Below, one piece after another: positions 47,534 through 56,376 of a stretch of 64,000 nucleotides of DNA. Position 1 is the stretch's first letter. Every line of letters starts with the position of its first letter. Under the pieces are notes generated by a model. It did no database searches. It was not told where the DNA came from and saw nothing but the letters and a program-made list of their open reading frames with translations. The stretch lies in the NCBI GenBank assembly GCA_016794565.1, contig JAEUHQ010000103.1:34409-98408 (forward strand), given 5' to 3'. Source of the stretch: Planctomycetota bacterium (lineage in GTDB: Bacteria > Planctomycetota > UBA1135 > UBA2386). The translations under genes were made by a program, and so were the position numbers.

Positions 47534-48070
47534 ATGAAGCGCCGGCACCGATGGGCCGCGAACGACTGCTCGGGAGCGACGCTCATCGACCTGATGCTCG
47601 TCGTGACGATCCTCGGCATCGTCACGGCGGTGGCCGTACAGACCTTCGACACCGACGAGATGGCCGTCGATGCACTGGCGCGCCAGATCGTCGCCGACAT
47701 CTACCGTTCGCAGAGCCTCGCCATCCGGACCAACACCGGTGTCGGCGTCGCGTTCGACAAGACGGCGAACACGTCGAAGTTCGTTCTCGCGGACGGTTCG
47801 GATCCGGCGACGCAGGAGGCGACGCTCAAAGCGCGCCCCGAAGCCGATGCGGCGGCGGTGGACGAACTCGTCGCCGCGCGCTCCATCGGCAACAAGGCCT
47901 ACGACGACGGCAGGATCACCGCCGTCGACTTCGGTGGAGCGTCCAAGGTCGTCTTCGCGGCCGACGGCCGCGCCGCCGCGCCGGGTTACGTGCAGGTCGT
48001 TCAGGGCGACGCATGGCTCCGGGTCCGCGTCGACGACGTGACGGGTCGGGTGACCATCACCGGCCCCTGA
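47534..48070 (+). CDS. GspH/FimT-like pseudopilin (178 aa)
   Basis: MKRRHRWAANDCSGATLIDLMLVVTILGIVTAVAV is a prepilin-type N-terminus, with a GspH-like C-terminal beta domain. Divergent from the PilX-like gene. Confidence 0.6.
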   Translation: MKRRHRWAANDCSGATLIDLMLVVTILGIVTAVAVQTFDTDEMAVDALARQIVADIYRSQSLAIRTNTGVGVAFDKTANTSKFVLADGSDPATQEATLKARPEADAAAVDELVAARSIGNKAYDDGRITAVDFGGASKVVFAADGRAAAPGYVQVVQGDAWLRVRVDDVTGRVTITGP

Positions 48071-48151
48071 TCCGCCCCTCGTTCGGCGACAGCCTCAAGC
48101 CCGGCCACAGCAGGCGCCGATGCACGAGCGTCGATCACCATGGATCACCCG

Positions 48152-48655
48152 ATGCGCAAAGTCGAGTCAGCATTCACCCTCGTCGAACTCCTCATCGTGG
48201 TCGTGATCCTCGGCATCCTCGCCGCGGTCGCGATCCCGCAGTTCTCCGACAGCACCGAGGAGGCGCGCGCGAGCAACCTCCAGTCGAACCTCGCGGTCAT
48301 GCGGAACGCGATCGAGTTCTACCGCACGAACCACCGCGGCAAGTATCCGGGCTATCCGTCCGGCGGCGGCGCTCCGACCGCTTCCGACGCCACGAACCAG
48401 CTGACGCTCGCGAGCCAGGCCACCGGCGCCACCGCGGCCCCCGGCACGGCGGGCTACGACTACGGGCCCTACATCCGCGAGCAGCTCCCGGAGAACCCGA
48501 TCAACGGGCTCAACACGATCCTGATCGTCGCCGATGCCGCGGCGTTCCCGGCCGCCGACGACTCGACGGGATGGATCTTCCACCCGAAGACGGGCCGCCT
48601 GCGCGCCAACTCGACGGGCACCGCGCCGTCCGGCAAGAACTACTACGACTTCTGA
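48152..48655 (+). CDS. GspG-like major pseudopilin / type IV pilin (167 aa; alternative ATG at 48140)
   Basis: MRKVESA|FTLVELLIVVVILGILAAVAIPQF is a class III signal with Glu+5. GspG-like body (NLQSNLAVMRNAIEFY...GPYIREQLPENP). Confidence 0.8.
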   Translation: MRKVESAFTLVELLIVVVILGILAAVAIPQFSDSTEEARASNLQSNLAVMRNAIEFYRTNHRGKYPGYPSGGGAPTASDATNQLTLASQATGATAAPGTAGYDYGPYIREQLPENPINGLNTILIVADAAAFPAADDSTGWIFHPKTGRLRANSTGTAPSGKNYYDF

Positions 48656-48773
48656 GGCCGTGAACGATCCATGGCCGGCGCCCCCCCAGCGCATCCCCCG
48701 GCACCTGCCCGAGGAGGCCGGTGCACCCCGACCGCGCGGCTGAGGCCGTTCGCCGGAGTGCCCGGGCGCGGCC

Positions 48774-49802
48774 GTGTCGCGTAGCCGCTCCGCCATCGCG
48801 ATCGACATCGGCGACCGCGCCGTCCGCCTCCTGCAGCTCGAACGCCGCGGCGGCACGCTCCGCGTTCGCGCGGCGGCGGCCGAGGCGCTGGAGCCCGCCG
48901 CGACCCCGCCCGACGCGAACGCGCGCCGGGCGCAGGTGGTCGAAGCCGCCCGCCGCGCGCTGCGTCGCGGCGGCTTTCGTGGCGACAGCGCGGTGACCGC
49001 CCTGCGCCTCCGCGACATCGCGACGCGCCACGTGCGCATCGCCAACGACGAACTCGAGCGCGCCGGGGACATCATCGCCCAGAAGGTGCAGGATCCGACG
49101 AGCGCCGCGACCGAACTCGCCATCTGCCCGATCCCCGTCGCCGAACTCTTCGACCAGGGTGAACGCAAGCGCGAGTTCCTCTGCTGCATCGCCAGGGCCG
49201 ACGCCATCCGCGCACTCATCGAGACCACCGAGGCAATCGGGCTGGTGCCGGACGCGGTCGACCTCGAGCCCTGCGCGCTCGTGCGACCGTTCGTGCGCTG
49301 CTCGCCGGGTGACTCGTTCCTGCACCTCGACATCGGCGACTCGGACACCCGGATCACCGTCGTCCGCGCCGGCAACCCGATCCTGATGCGCATCGTGCGG
49401 ACGGGCGCTGCCGATCTCTCGGACCTGCTGCGCGAACGACTGCAGATCGACGTGGATCGCATCCTGGAGCCTGCCGACGCCGACACCGCATCCAGCCTCC
49501 ACTATGCGATCGTCGGCGCACTCGCGGCACCGCTCGAGCGACTGCTCGTGCGAGTGACGGACGGCGTGCGCTACTGCGGCGCTCTCTTCCAGGGCCGCGC
49601 GGTCAATCTGATGCGGGTCAGCGGCCGCCCGGCGCGCTGGCCCGGTCTCGTCGCCTACCTCGGGCGGCGCGCGGGAATCACCACCGAACGCGCCGAGCCG
49701 TTCGCCGGCATCGAGCCGCCGCCGTCCGTGGGGAACGGCGAAGCGACACTGGCCGGCTTCGACACTGCGCTCGGCCTCGCACTGCGGAGCGTCGCGTCGT
49801 GA
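48774..49802 (+). CDS. pilM: PilM-like actin-fold assembly ATPase (GTG start)
   Basis: AIAIDIGDRAVRLLQLE is the PilM N-terminal motif; actin-like fold length (342 aa). First gene of a long coupled operon. Confidence 0.65.
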   Translation: MSRSRSAIAIDIGDRAVRLLQLERRGGTLRVRAAAAEALEPAATPPDANARRAQVVEAARRALRRGGFRGDSAVTALRLRDIATRHVRIANDELERAGDIIAQKVQDPTSAATELAICPIPVAELFDQGERKREFLCCIARADAIRALIETTEAIGLVPDAVDLEPCALVRPFVRCSPGDSFLHLDIGDSDTRITVVRAGNPILMRIVRTGAADLSDLLRERLQIDVDRILEPADADTASSLHYAIVGALAAPLERLLVRVTDGVRYCGALFQGRAVNLMRVSGRPARWPGLVAYLGRRAGITTERAEPFAGIEPPPSVGNGEATLAGFDTALGLALRSVAS

Positions 49803-50359
49803 CCACCGACGTCGACTTCCTGCCGGCGAGCTACCGCGGCGGCACCGTGCGGCGCCGCGAACGGAGAGAACGGCTCTGGCTGGCGATACCGGTCGTCGTC
49901 GCGTCCATCGCCGTCGACGTGGTGCTGCGCATCCGCGTCGCCGGCGTCCGCGAGATGGCGCGCCTCGCCCGCGAGCATGCGACGTTCGGCACCCGGCTGA
50001 ACGAGGAGGCTCAGGAGCTCGCGACGAAGGCGGCCACGATCCGCGCCGAGATCGAGTCCCTGGCGAAACCGCTCGATGCGCGCCGCATGACGCGACTCGT
50101 CGACGAACTGCTCGCCGATCGCCCCGACGGCGTCGCGCTGCACGAACTCTCCGTGCATCAGCAGCCCTGGTCTTCCGCGGCTCCCACGATCGACGTTGCG
50201 GCGCACTGCGCCGATCCGGAGGCGCTCAAGGTCTACCTCGCGGCCCTGCGATCGGCCGACACGCTGCCGCAGCTGTCCTGCGAACGCACCGACGCGCAGG
50301 GCGACGGCAAGGCGTTCGCGTTCGCGCTGAAGGCGAAGGACCCGAGGAGGGCACGATGA
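49799..50359 (+). CDS. pilN: PilN-like inner-membrane pilus assembly protein (GTG start overlapping pilM stop)
   Basis: Single TM (LWLAIPVVVASIAVDVVL) followed by a coiled coil. GTGA overlap at 49799-49802. Confidence 0.55.
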   Translation: MTTDVDFLPASYRGGTVRRRERRERLWLAIPVVVASIAVDVVLRIRVAGVREMARLAREHATFGTRLNEEAQELATKAATIRAEIESLAKPLDARRMTRLVDELLADRPDGVALHELSVHQQPWSSAAPTIDVAAHCADPEALKVYLAALRSADTLPQLSCERTDAQGDGKAFAFALKAKDPRRAR

Positions 50360-50877
50360 ACCGCACCGTGTCCACCCTGCTGACCCTCGTGGGCATCGCC
50401 GGCTCGTACCACCTCGTACTCGGCCGCCTGCATCTGGCCGAGATCCGCGACCTGCAGCGCGAGATCGACGGTTCGTACGCACGCTACGACCGCGCCGAAG
50501 AGGAAGCGACCCATGTCGCGACGCTGAAGAACGCCGTCGCGGCGCTCGCGGAGGCGCGCGACGATCTGCAGAGGCGCACGTCGCGCGATCCTCTTTCCGT
50601 GCCGACGGCCGCGCAGACCCGCAGCGTGCTCGAAGAACACGGCCTCGCGGTCGAACGCGCCGAACCGATGGGCGCCGACCCGTCGCTCGGCATGCCGCAT
50701 CAGCGCACGCGCGTCGTCGCGACCGGCGCGTTCGCCGACCTGTTCGCGGCGATCACGGCGATCGAGAACGACGCCGTCCCCACGCGCATCACCGACCTTT
50801 CGATCCAGACCAACACCGAGCCCGCGCGCGTCCGGACCGAGATGACGCTCGTCCGAGCATGGAGCGTGGACCGATGA
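50356..50877 (+). CDS. pilO: PilO-like pilus assembly protein
   Basis: TM (TLLTLVGIAGSYHLVL) plus coiled coil. ATGA overlap with the pilN stop. Confidence 0.55.
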   Translation: MNRTVSTLLTLVGIAGSYHLVLGRLHLAEIRDLQREIDGSYARYDRAEEEATHVATLKNAVAALAEARDDLQRRTSRDPLSVPTAAQTRSVLEEHGLAVERAEPMGADPSLGMPHQRTRVVATGAFADLFAAITAIENDAVPTRITDLSIQTNTEPARVRTEMTLVRAWSVDR

Positions 50878-51449
50878 CCGCATCCCCTCGCGACGCGAAA
50901 GCCGCCGGCGGAACGGTCCTGCACCGACTGCGCCGGATGCAGAAGCGCAACCTCGTGCTGCTGCTGCTCGCGCCGTTGCTCGTCGGGCTCTGGCTGCCGC
51001 TCCTCCGCGGCAAGCCGGCCCGCACCGTGAAGCCGCCGACGAACTCGTCCGCACCGGTCGAGACGCCCGCGGCACCGGCGGGCGAAGCCGTGATCCCGCT
51101 GTCGCCGATCGAAGCCGCGACCGCGATCCAGGACCGCCTGGCCGGACTCTCCGCCCCGTTCCAGCCGCGCTGGTCGGCGCTGCGCGGCGGCGAGCCGTTC
51201 CGACCGTTCGAGGTTGTCCCGACCGTCACGGTCGCCGACGGCGACCAGACCTTCACTCCCACGGCGATCGTGCTCAGCACCGGCAAGCCGCCCATCGCGA
51301 TCATCGCCGGCCAGACGTACCGCCCCGGCGACTCGCTCGGCGGGCGTTCGATCGTCGCGATCGAAGAACGCCGCGTCGTCTACCGCGAGGGGAACAAGAC
51401 CTTCGCCGTCCCCCTGCCCGACCCCGCCCTGCGAGGTGACCATGACTGA
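50874..51449 (+). CDS. PilP-like protein
   Basis: N-terminal anchor (LVLLLLAPLLVGLWLPLL), Pro-rich linker and C-terminal beta domain (IAIIAGQTYRPGDSLGGRSIVAIEERRVVY). ATGA overlap with pilO. Confidence 0.5.
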   Translation: MTASPRDAKAAGGTVLHRLRRMQKRNLVLLLLAPLLVGLWLPLLRGKPARTVKPPTNSSAPVETPAAPAGEAVIPLSPIEAATAIQDRLAGLSAPFQPRWSALRGGEPFRPFEVVPTVTVADGDQTFTPTAIVLSTGKPPIAIIAGQTYRPGDSLGGRSIVAIEERRVVYREGNKTFAVPLPDPALRGDHD

Positions 51450-53094
51450 TCTCCGCACCATCGCCGCGCTGCTGGCGACCACCGCGATCGCCATCGCCCA
51501 GGAGCAGGAGAAGCTCATCACGCTGAACGTACGCGACGAGAGCATCGCGAACGTCCTGCAGGCGCTGTCGACCCAGCACCGGATCAGCCTCGTCACCAAC
51601 GACAAAGTGGCGGGCAAGGTGACCATCAACCTCTACGACGTGCCGCTCGACGACGCACTGCGCCAGGTCCTGGCGACACAGGATCTCGACTTCGTGAAGC
51701 AGGGCGCGTTCTACCGCGTGATGACGGTCGAGCAGAGGAAGGCGCTGCTGAAGGAGCAGGACCCGATCGAGACCCGCGTCTTCGTGCTGAACCACCTGAC
51801 CGCGACGGAGGCGCAGCCGCTGCTCCAGCCGCTGCTGTCGGCCGACGGCCGTTTCGCCGCGTCCACCGTGTCGGCCGCTTCGAGCGGCGGTTCGGGCTCG
51901 GGCGGCGGCACGACGACCGCGCCGTCGAGCGGCCAGCGCCAGACCATCGTCGTCGTCGACCACCGCTCCAACCTCGACGGTCTCGCGAAGACCGTGGCGG
52001 AGCTGGACCGGCCGCCGCAGCAGGTGCTGCTCGAAGCGACGATCCTCAGCATCGACCTCGGCGAGGACAACCGGCTCGGTGTCGACCTCAACGTGCTCGG
52101 CGGCATCGACTTCAACCAGGTCGGTGCGACCTCCGACCTCACCGGCATCACCGGCTACCAGGCCTCGGGGTCGCAATTCGACGGCTCGCTCGTGAGCGGC
52201 CAGACGTTCGGCTTCGCCGGCTCGCCCATCTCGCAGGGCTTGTCGCTCGGCTTCATCAAGAACAGCGTGGCGGCGTTCGTCGAAGCACTCGAGCAGACCA
52301 CGAACGCCACGATCGTCAGCAACCCGCGCGTGATCGCACTCAACGGCGAGCAGGCGGAGATCATCGTCGGCGGACGGCTCGGCTACACGACGGTCACGCA
52401 GACGCAGACGAGTTCGATCGAGACGGTCGAGTTCCTCGACACCGGCACGCAGCTCGTGTTCCGGCCCTTCGTCGGGGAGGACGGCTGGATCCGGATGGAC
52501 GTGCATCCGCAGAACAGTGCCGGCGTGATCGACCCGGTGTCCGGAGTGCCGTCCGAGAACACAACCGAGATCACGACGAAGATCCTGATGCGCGACGGCC
52601 AGACGCTGATCCTCGGCGGACTGATCGGCGAGTCGGTGACGACCGTGCGCAGCCAGATCCCGATCCTCGGCAACATCCCGCTGCTCGGGGCCCTGTTCGG
52701 CCGCACGCTCGAGACGGTGAACCGGCGCGAGCTGGTCATCCTCCTGACGCCGCACATCCTGGATCCCGTCGAGGCGCAGAACCGTGCCGACGCCGTGCAA
52801 CGGCGCTTCGCCGCGGTCCGTCGCAGTCACTGGGACTCGTTGTCGCCGTACATCCGGCCGATGATCGCGCGCAGCCATCTCGCCGACGCCGCGGTGTGGC
52901 GTGCGCGCGGCGAACTCGACCGGGCGCTCGGCTCGGTGGAGCGCGCCCTGGTCCTCAACCCGACCGAGGCCGACGCGGCCGTGCTGCGCGAGACCCTGAT
53001 CGAGGCGCTGGCCCTCGAACGCCTCCCGATCGACGAAGCCGGCGCGTCGCTGACGATCCTCGAGTCACTGCCCGCGCCCGGAGGAGCCCGCTGA
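51442..53094 (+). CDS. pilQ: Secretin (PilQ/GspD family; 550 aa)
   Basis: Signal peptide MTDLRTIAALLATTAIAIAQ, N-domains, and secretin C-domain (VSNPRVIALNGEQAEIIVGGRLGY...ILMRDGQTLILGGLI...IPILGNIPLLGALFG). Confidence 0.85.
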   Translation: MTDLRTIAALLATTAIAIAQEQEKLITLNVRDESIANVLQALSTQHRISLVTNDKVAGKVTINLYDVPLDDALRQVLATQDLDFVKQGAFYRVMTVEQRKALLKEQDPIETRVFVLNHLTATEAQPLLQPLLSADGRFAASTVSAASSGGSGSGGGTTTAPSSGQRQTIVVVDHRSNLDGLAKTVAELDRPPQQVLLEATILSIDLGEDNRLGVDLNVLGGIDFNQVGATSDLTGITGYQASGSQFDGSLVSGQTFGFAGSPISQGLSLGFIKNSVAAFVEALEQTTNATIVSNPRVIALNGEQAEIIVGGRLGYTTVTQTQTSSIETVEFLDTGTQLVFRPFVGEDGWIRMDVHPQNSAGVIDPVSGVPSENTTEITTKILMRDGQTLILGGLIGESVTTVRSQIPILGNIPLLGALFGRTLETVNRRELVILLTPHILDPVEAQNRADAVQRRFAAVRRSHWDSLSPYIRPMIARSHLADAAVWRARGELDRALGSVERALVLNPTEADAAVLRETLIEALALERLPIDEAGASLTILESLPAPGGAR

Positions 53095-54296
53095 TGGCGA
53101 CGTTCCGATCGCTCCTCTTCGCCGTGCCGGCGCTGCTCTGCTTCGCGTGCACGACGACATCGCCCGAGCACCACCAGCCGCTCGACGCGGGTGAGTGGCG
53201 CAACTCGAAGTCGCGCATGTACCAGGACCTCGCACTGCAGTGCCTGCAGGCGAGGGACCACGAACGCGCCCAGCGCCTGTTGCAGCAGGCGGTGCAGTAC
53301 GACGGCAAGGACACCCAGACCCTCGAGCTGCTGATGCGACTGTCGTGGGCCCGCGGCGACATCGCGACCGCCGACGGCAGTGCGCGCATGCTGCTCGCGG
53401 CTCGCCCCGACTCGATCGCCGCGCTGTGCACGCTCGGGGCGGTGCACGAAACGTCGGGCCGCTTCGACGATGCGGAACGCTGCTACCGCGACGCGGTCGC
53501 GAAGACGAAGGACGACCCGCGGGCGTTCGTCGACCTGCACCGTTTCCTGCTGGCCCGCGGCCGCAGCGACGAAGCCGCCGCCCTGCGGCAGGAGACGACG
53601 TCGCGCTTCCCGCGCGCCGCCGAGCCCCACCTCGATCTCGCGTCCGACCTGGCGGCCAAGAACCAGTGGGACGACGCGCGCGTCGCGTTCGACGCGGCGC
53701 TCGACGCGCGGCCGGACGACCCGGCCGCCGCGACCGGCGTCGCACTCGCCTCCGTGATGAGTCGCCGCCCCGAACGGGCGCTGGCGCTCGCCGAACGCAT
53801 GCCCCCGCACGCGCGAGCCGCCGATCCCTCGCTGCTCCTGACGCTCGCCGCCGCGCACCTCCAGACCGGCGACTACGCGGCCGCGCTGCGGGAACTCGAC
53901 CTCGGCGCCGCCTCGGGACAACCGGAGCGCGCCGCCACCTCGATACTGCGCGGCGAGGTCCTCTATCGCACCGGCGACCTGGACGCAGCCAAAGCGTCGT
54001 TCGAGCGCGCGATCTCCCTCGAGCCCGAAGCGAGTCGCGCGCACGCCGGCCTCGGACGCGTCTACGCCCGCCAGCGCAACTGGCACGCCGCGGCGCGGAG
54101 CCTCGAACGCGCCGTCTCGCTGCAGGCCGGCAACGGCGCCAACCACGCTCTGCTCGCGGCCGCTCTCGCGGCGACCGGCGATCGCGAGGGCGCGGCCCGC
54201 CACGCGGCACGGGCGAAGCAGCTCCCGGGGACGGAAGGTCTGCTCGCGCAGTTCGACAGGCTCTGGCCCGGTCTGGCCGAAGGAGGCGCCCGATGA
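53094..54296 (+). CDS. TPR-repeat protein with signal peptide (PilF/PilW-like secretin pilotin candidate; 400 aa)
   Basis: ATGA overlap with the secretin stop. MATFRSLLFAVPALLCFAC, then multiple TPR-like helical repeats. Confidence 0.7.
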   Translation: MATFRSLLFAVPALLCFACTTTSPEHHQPLDAGEWRNSKSRMYQDLALQCLQARDHERAQRLLQQAVQYDGKDTQTLELLMRLSWARGDIATADGSARMLLAARPDSIAALCTLGAVHETSGRFDDAERCYRDAVAKTKDDPRAFVDLHRFLLARGRSDEAAALRQETTSRFPRAAEPHLDLASDLAAKNQWDDARVAFDAALDARPDDPAAATGVALASVMSRRPERALALAERMPPHARAADPSLLLTLAAAHLQTGDYAAALRELDLGAASGQPERAATSILRGEVLYRTGDLDAAKASFERAISLEPEASRAHAGLGRVYARQRNWHAAARSLERAVSLQAGNGANHALLAAALAATGDREGAARHAARAKQLPGTEGLLAQFDRLWPGLAEGGAR

Positions 54297-55651
54297 TCGG
54301 GTCCCTTCTCACGACCGTCCCCGCGTGGGCGTGGGGCGTCGCCGGAGCCGCGCTCGGCGCGACGGCCGCGGCGCTGCGTCCGCGCCGCGAACGCCGCCCG
54401 CTGTCGGCTCTGTGGGACGCCCTCGGCAAGTCCGCCGACGACTGCCTGCAGCCCGGCGTCGATGCGTGGCAGGGCGTTCTCGACGTGGTCCGCGGCCAGA
54501 GCGACGGAGCGCGGGAGAGCCAGCGGATCCACCTGCGCGCGGTGGCCGCCGAAACGCAGCTCGAGATGACCAACGCCGTGCTCGCCGCGCTGCAGGACGG
54601 CGTCGTCGTCTTCGACGACACCGAGCGCGTGCTGTACGCGAACGCGACGGCGCGCAGCGTGCTGCAGCTCGGCGACCGGACGAACATCACGCTGGAGCAG
54701 GCGGAGACGCGCTTCGAGATCGTCGAAGGCATTCGCTCCATCCTCGACGCCGATCTCGCCCGCAACGTGAAGACGTGCCGGATCGAGTGGGACGCGGGCG
54801 ACCGCCGCCACGTCTACCTGCTGCGCTCACTCGAGACGCCGCCGTCCCCCGCGATGCGGCACGCGCAGGTCGTCGTCCTCGAGAACTGGACGGCCGAAGA
54901 ACGTGCGTCGCGCGCCAAGTCGGAGTTCATCTACGGTGTGTCGCACGAGCTGAAGACTCCGCTCACTGCGATCCAGGCGTCGCTCGAACTCGCCAACGAA
55001 GCCGACGGCCTCTCGACGGAGGACCGGGACAAGCTCATCCGCGTCTCGTACGAAGAGTCCGTTCGCCTGTCGCAGATGGTGGCCGAACTGCTCGACCTCG
55101 CGCGCGTCGAAGCCGGCATCACCGAGTTCAAGCACGAACAGGTCGACATGCGCGAGCTGTTCCAGAGCCTGCTCGTGCTGCACCAGCCACTCGCCGACCG
55201 GAAGCAGATCGTGCTGCGCTGGGACATCAGCGACTACCTCGCCGACCTGGTCGGCGACGCGCGGCTGCTGCGGCAGGCCATGGTCAACATCGTCGGCAAC
55301 GCCGTGAAGTACACGAAGAGCGGCGGCGAAGTGAGCCTGACGGCGCGCCTCGAAGGCGCCGAGCTCGTCGTCCGCGTGCGCGACACGGGCATCGGCATCG
55401 CAGCGGAAGACCTGCCGCGCATCTTCGAGAAGTTCTTCCGGGCGCAGAGCGCGGAGCAGTCGACGATCCAGGGCACCGGCCTCGGCCTGCCGATGGCCCG
55501 CTACATCGTCGAACGCCACCGCGGCCGCATCGAACTGTCCTCCGAACTCGGGGTCGGAACGGAGTTCCGCGTCTACCTGCCGGTGCTGAACGTCGATACG
55601 GACGAGCAGGGCAGCTCGACCCTGCTGGCAGTGGACGGCGTGACGAGGTGA
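54293..55651 (+). CDS. Sensor histidine kinase (HisKA + HATPase_c; 452 aa)
   Basis: H-box FIYGVSHELKTPLTAI, N-box VNIVGNAVKYT, G-boxes DTGIGI and GTGLGLPMA. ATGA overlap with the TPR gene. Confidence 0.85.
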   Translation: MIGSLLTTVPAWAWGVAGAALGATAAALRPRRERRPLSALWDALGKSADDCLQPGVDAWQGVLDVVRGQSDGARESQRIHLRAVAAETQLEMTNAVLAALQDGVVVFDDTERVLYANATARSVLQLGDRTNITLEQAETRFEIVEGIRSILDADLARNVKTCRIEWDAGDRRHVYLLRSLETPPSPAMRHAQVVVLENWTAEERASRAKSEFIYGVSHELKTPLTAIQASLELANEADGLSTEDRDKLIRVSYEESVRLSQMVAELLDLARVEAGITEFKHEQVDMRELFQSLLVLHQPLADRKQIVLRWDISDYLADLVGDARLLRQAMVNIVGNAVKYTKSGGEVSLTARLEGAELVVRVRDTGIGIAAEDLPRIFEKFFRAQSAEQSTIQGTGLGLPMARYIVERHRGRIELSSELGVGTEFRVYLPVLNVDTDEQGSSTLLAVDGVTR

Positions 55652-55653
55652 CC

Positions 55654-56031
55654 ATGGACAAGCGACACATCCTGATCGTCGACGACGACCCCGGCATCCG
55701 GCTCGCGGTGTCGCTGAAGCTGCGCACCGCGGGATTCGCCGTGAGCGAGGCGACCGACGGCGTCGAGGCCCTCGAGTTCTTCAGGACGAAGAGCGCGGAC
55801 CTGGCGGTGCTCGACGTCGGCATGCCACGCATGGACGGCTACTCCGTCGCTCGTGCGATGAAGGACGACCCCGCCACCGCCGCCGTGCCCCTCGTGATCC
55901 TGACCGCGCAGAACCTCGATGTGCCAGCCCATGTCGCGCCGCAGATCGGGCGACACCGCTTCCTGACGAAGCCGTTCAGTCCGCGCGAACTCGTGAGGGC
56001 CGTGCAGGAACTGCTGCAGGGAGACGCGTGA
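55654..56031 (+). CDS. CheY-like single-domain response regulator (125 aa)
   Basis: ILIVDDDPGIR...LAVLDVGMPRMDG...LVILTA...TKPF: all conserved receiver residues are present. Confidence 0.85.
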   Translation: MDKRHILIVDDDPGIRLAVSLKLRTAGFAVSEATDGVEALEFFRTKSADLAVLDVGMPRMDGYSVARAMKDDPATAAVPLVILTAQNLDVPAHVAPQIGRHRFLTKPFSPRELVRAVQELLQGDA

Positions 56032-56375
56032 TGCCCGTCACGACCCAGGAAGACGGGATGCTCGCGACGGTGTTCGTCGACGGAGCGCTCGACTCCCAGA
56101 CCGGGTCGGCACTCGACGGATCGACGCGCACCGTGATGGACAAGGGCCACCGCCGCCTCCTCGTCAACCTGCAGAAGACGAAGCAGGCGAACTCCGCGGG
56201 CCTCGAATCGCTCGTCAAGATCGCCTCGCAGGTCACGGCAGTCGGCGGGCGTCTCGCTCTCGTCGGACCGCCGCCGCTCCTCCTCGACATCCTGAGAGCG
56301 ACCCGCCTCGAGAGGCGATTCGCCGTCTTCGAATCGACCGAGCAGGCGATGCAGAACCTGCGCATGGAGTCCTGA
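56028..56375 (+). CDS. STAS-domain anti-sigma-factor-antagonist-like protein (115 aa; GTG 56028 or ATG 56031)
   Basis: SpoIIAA-like pattern with conserved phosphorylatable Ser region (KQANSAGLESLVKI). GTGATG overlaps the response regulator stop. Confidence 0.65.
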   Translation: MMPVTTQEDGMLATVFVDGALDSQTGSALDGSTRTVMDKGHRRLLVNLQKTKQANSAGLESLVKIASQVTAVGGRLALVGPPPLLLDILRATRLERRFAVFESTEQAMQNLRMES

Positions 56376-56376
56376 C

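Noticed and set aside
46142-47548. 468-aa minus-strand ORF overlapping the PilX-like gene in another frame
   Set aside because: Arg/Gly-rich artefact composition. The alternative frame (46333-47460) gives a pilin-like hydrophobic N-terminus and a Thr/Gly-rich beta-type body.
53094-53170. Lipoprotein call for the TPR protein (LLCFAC)
   Set aside because: Neither Cys has a canonical lipobox (L-[AS]-[GA]-C): ALLC has Leu at -1 and CFAC has Cys at -3. It was kept as a signal-peptide TPR protein only.
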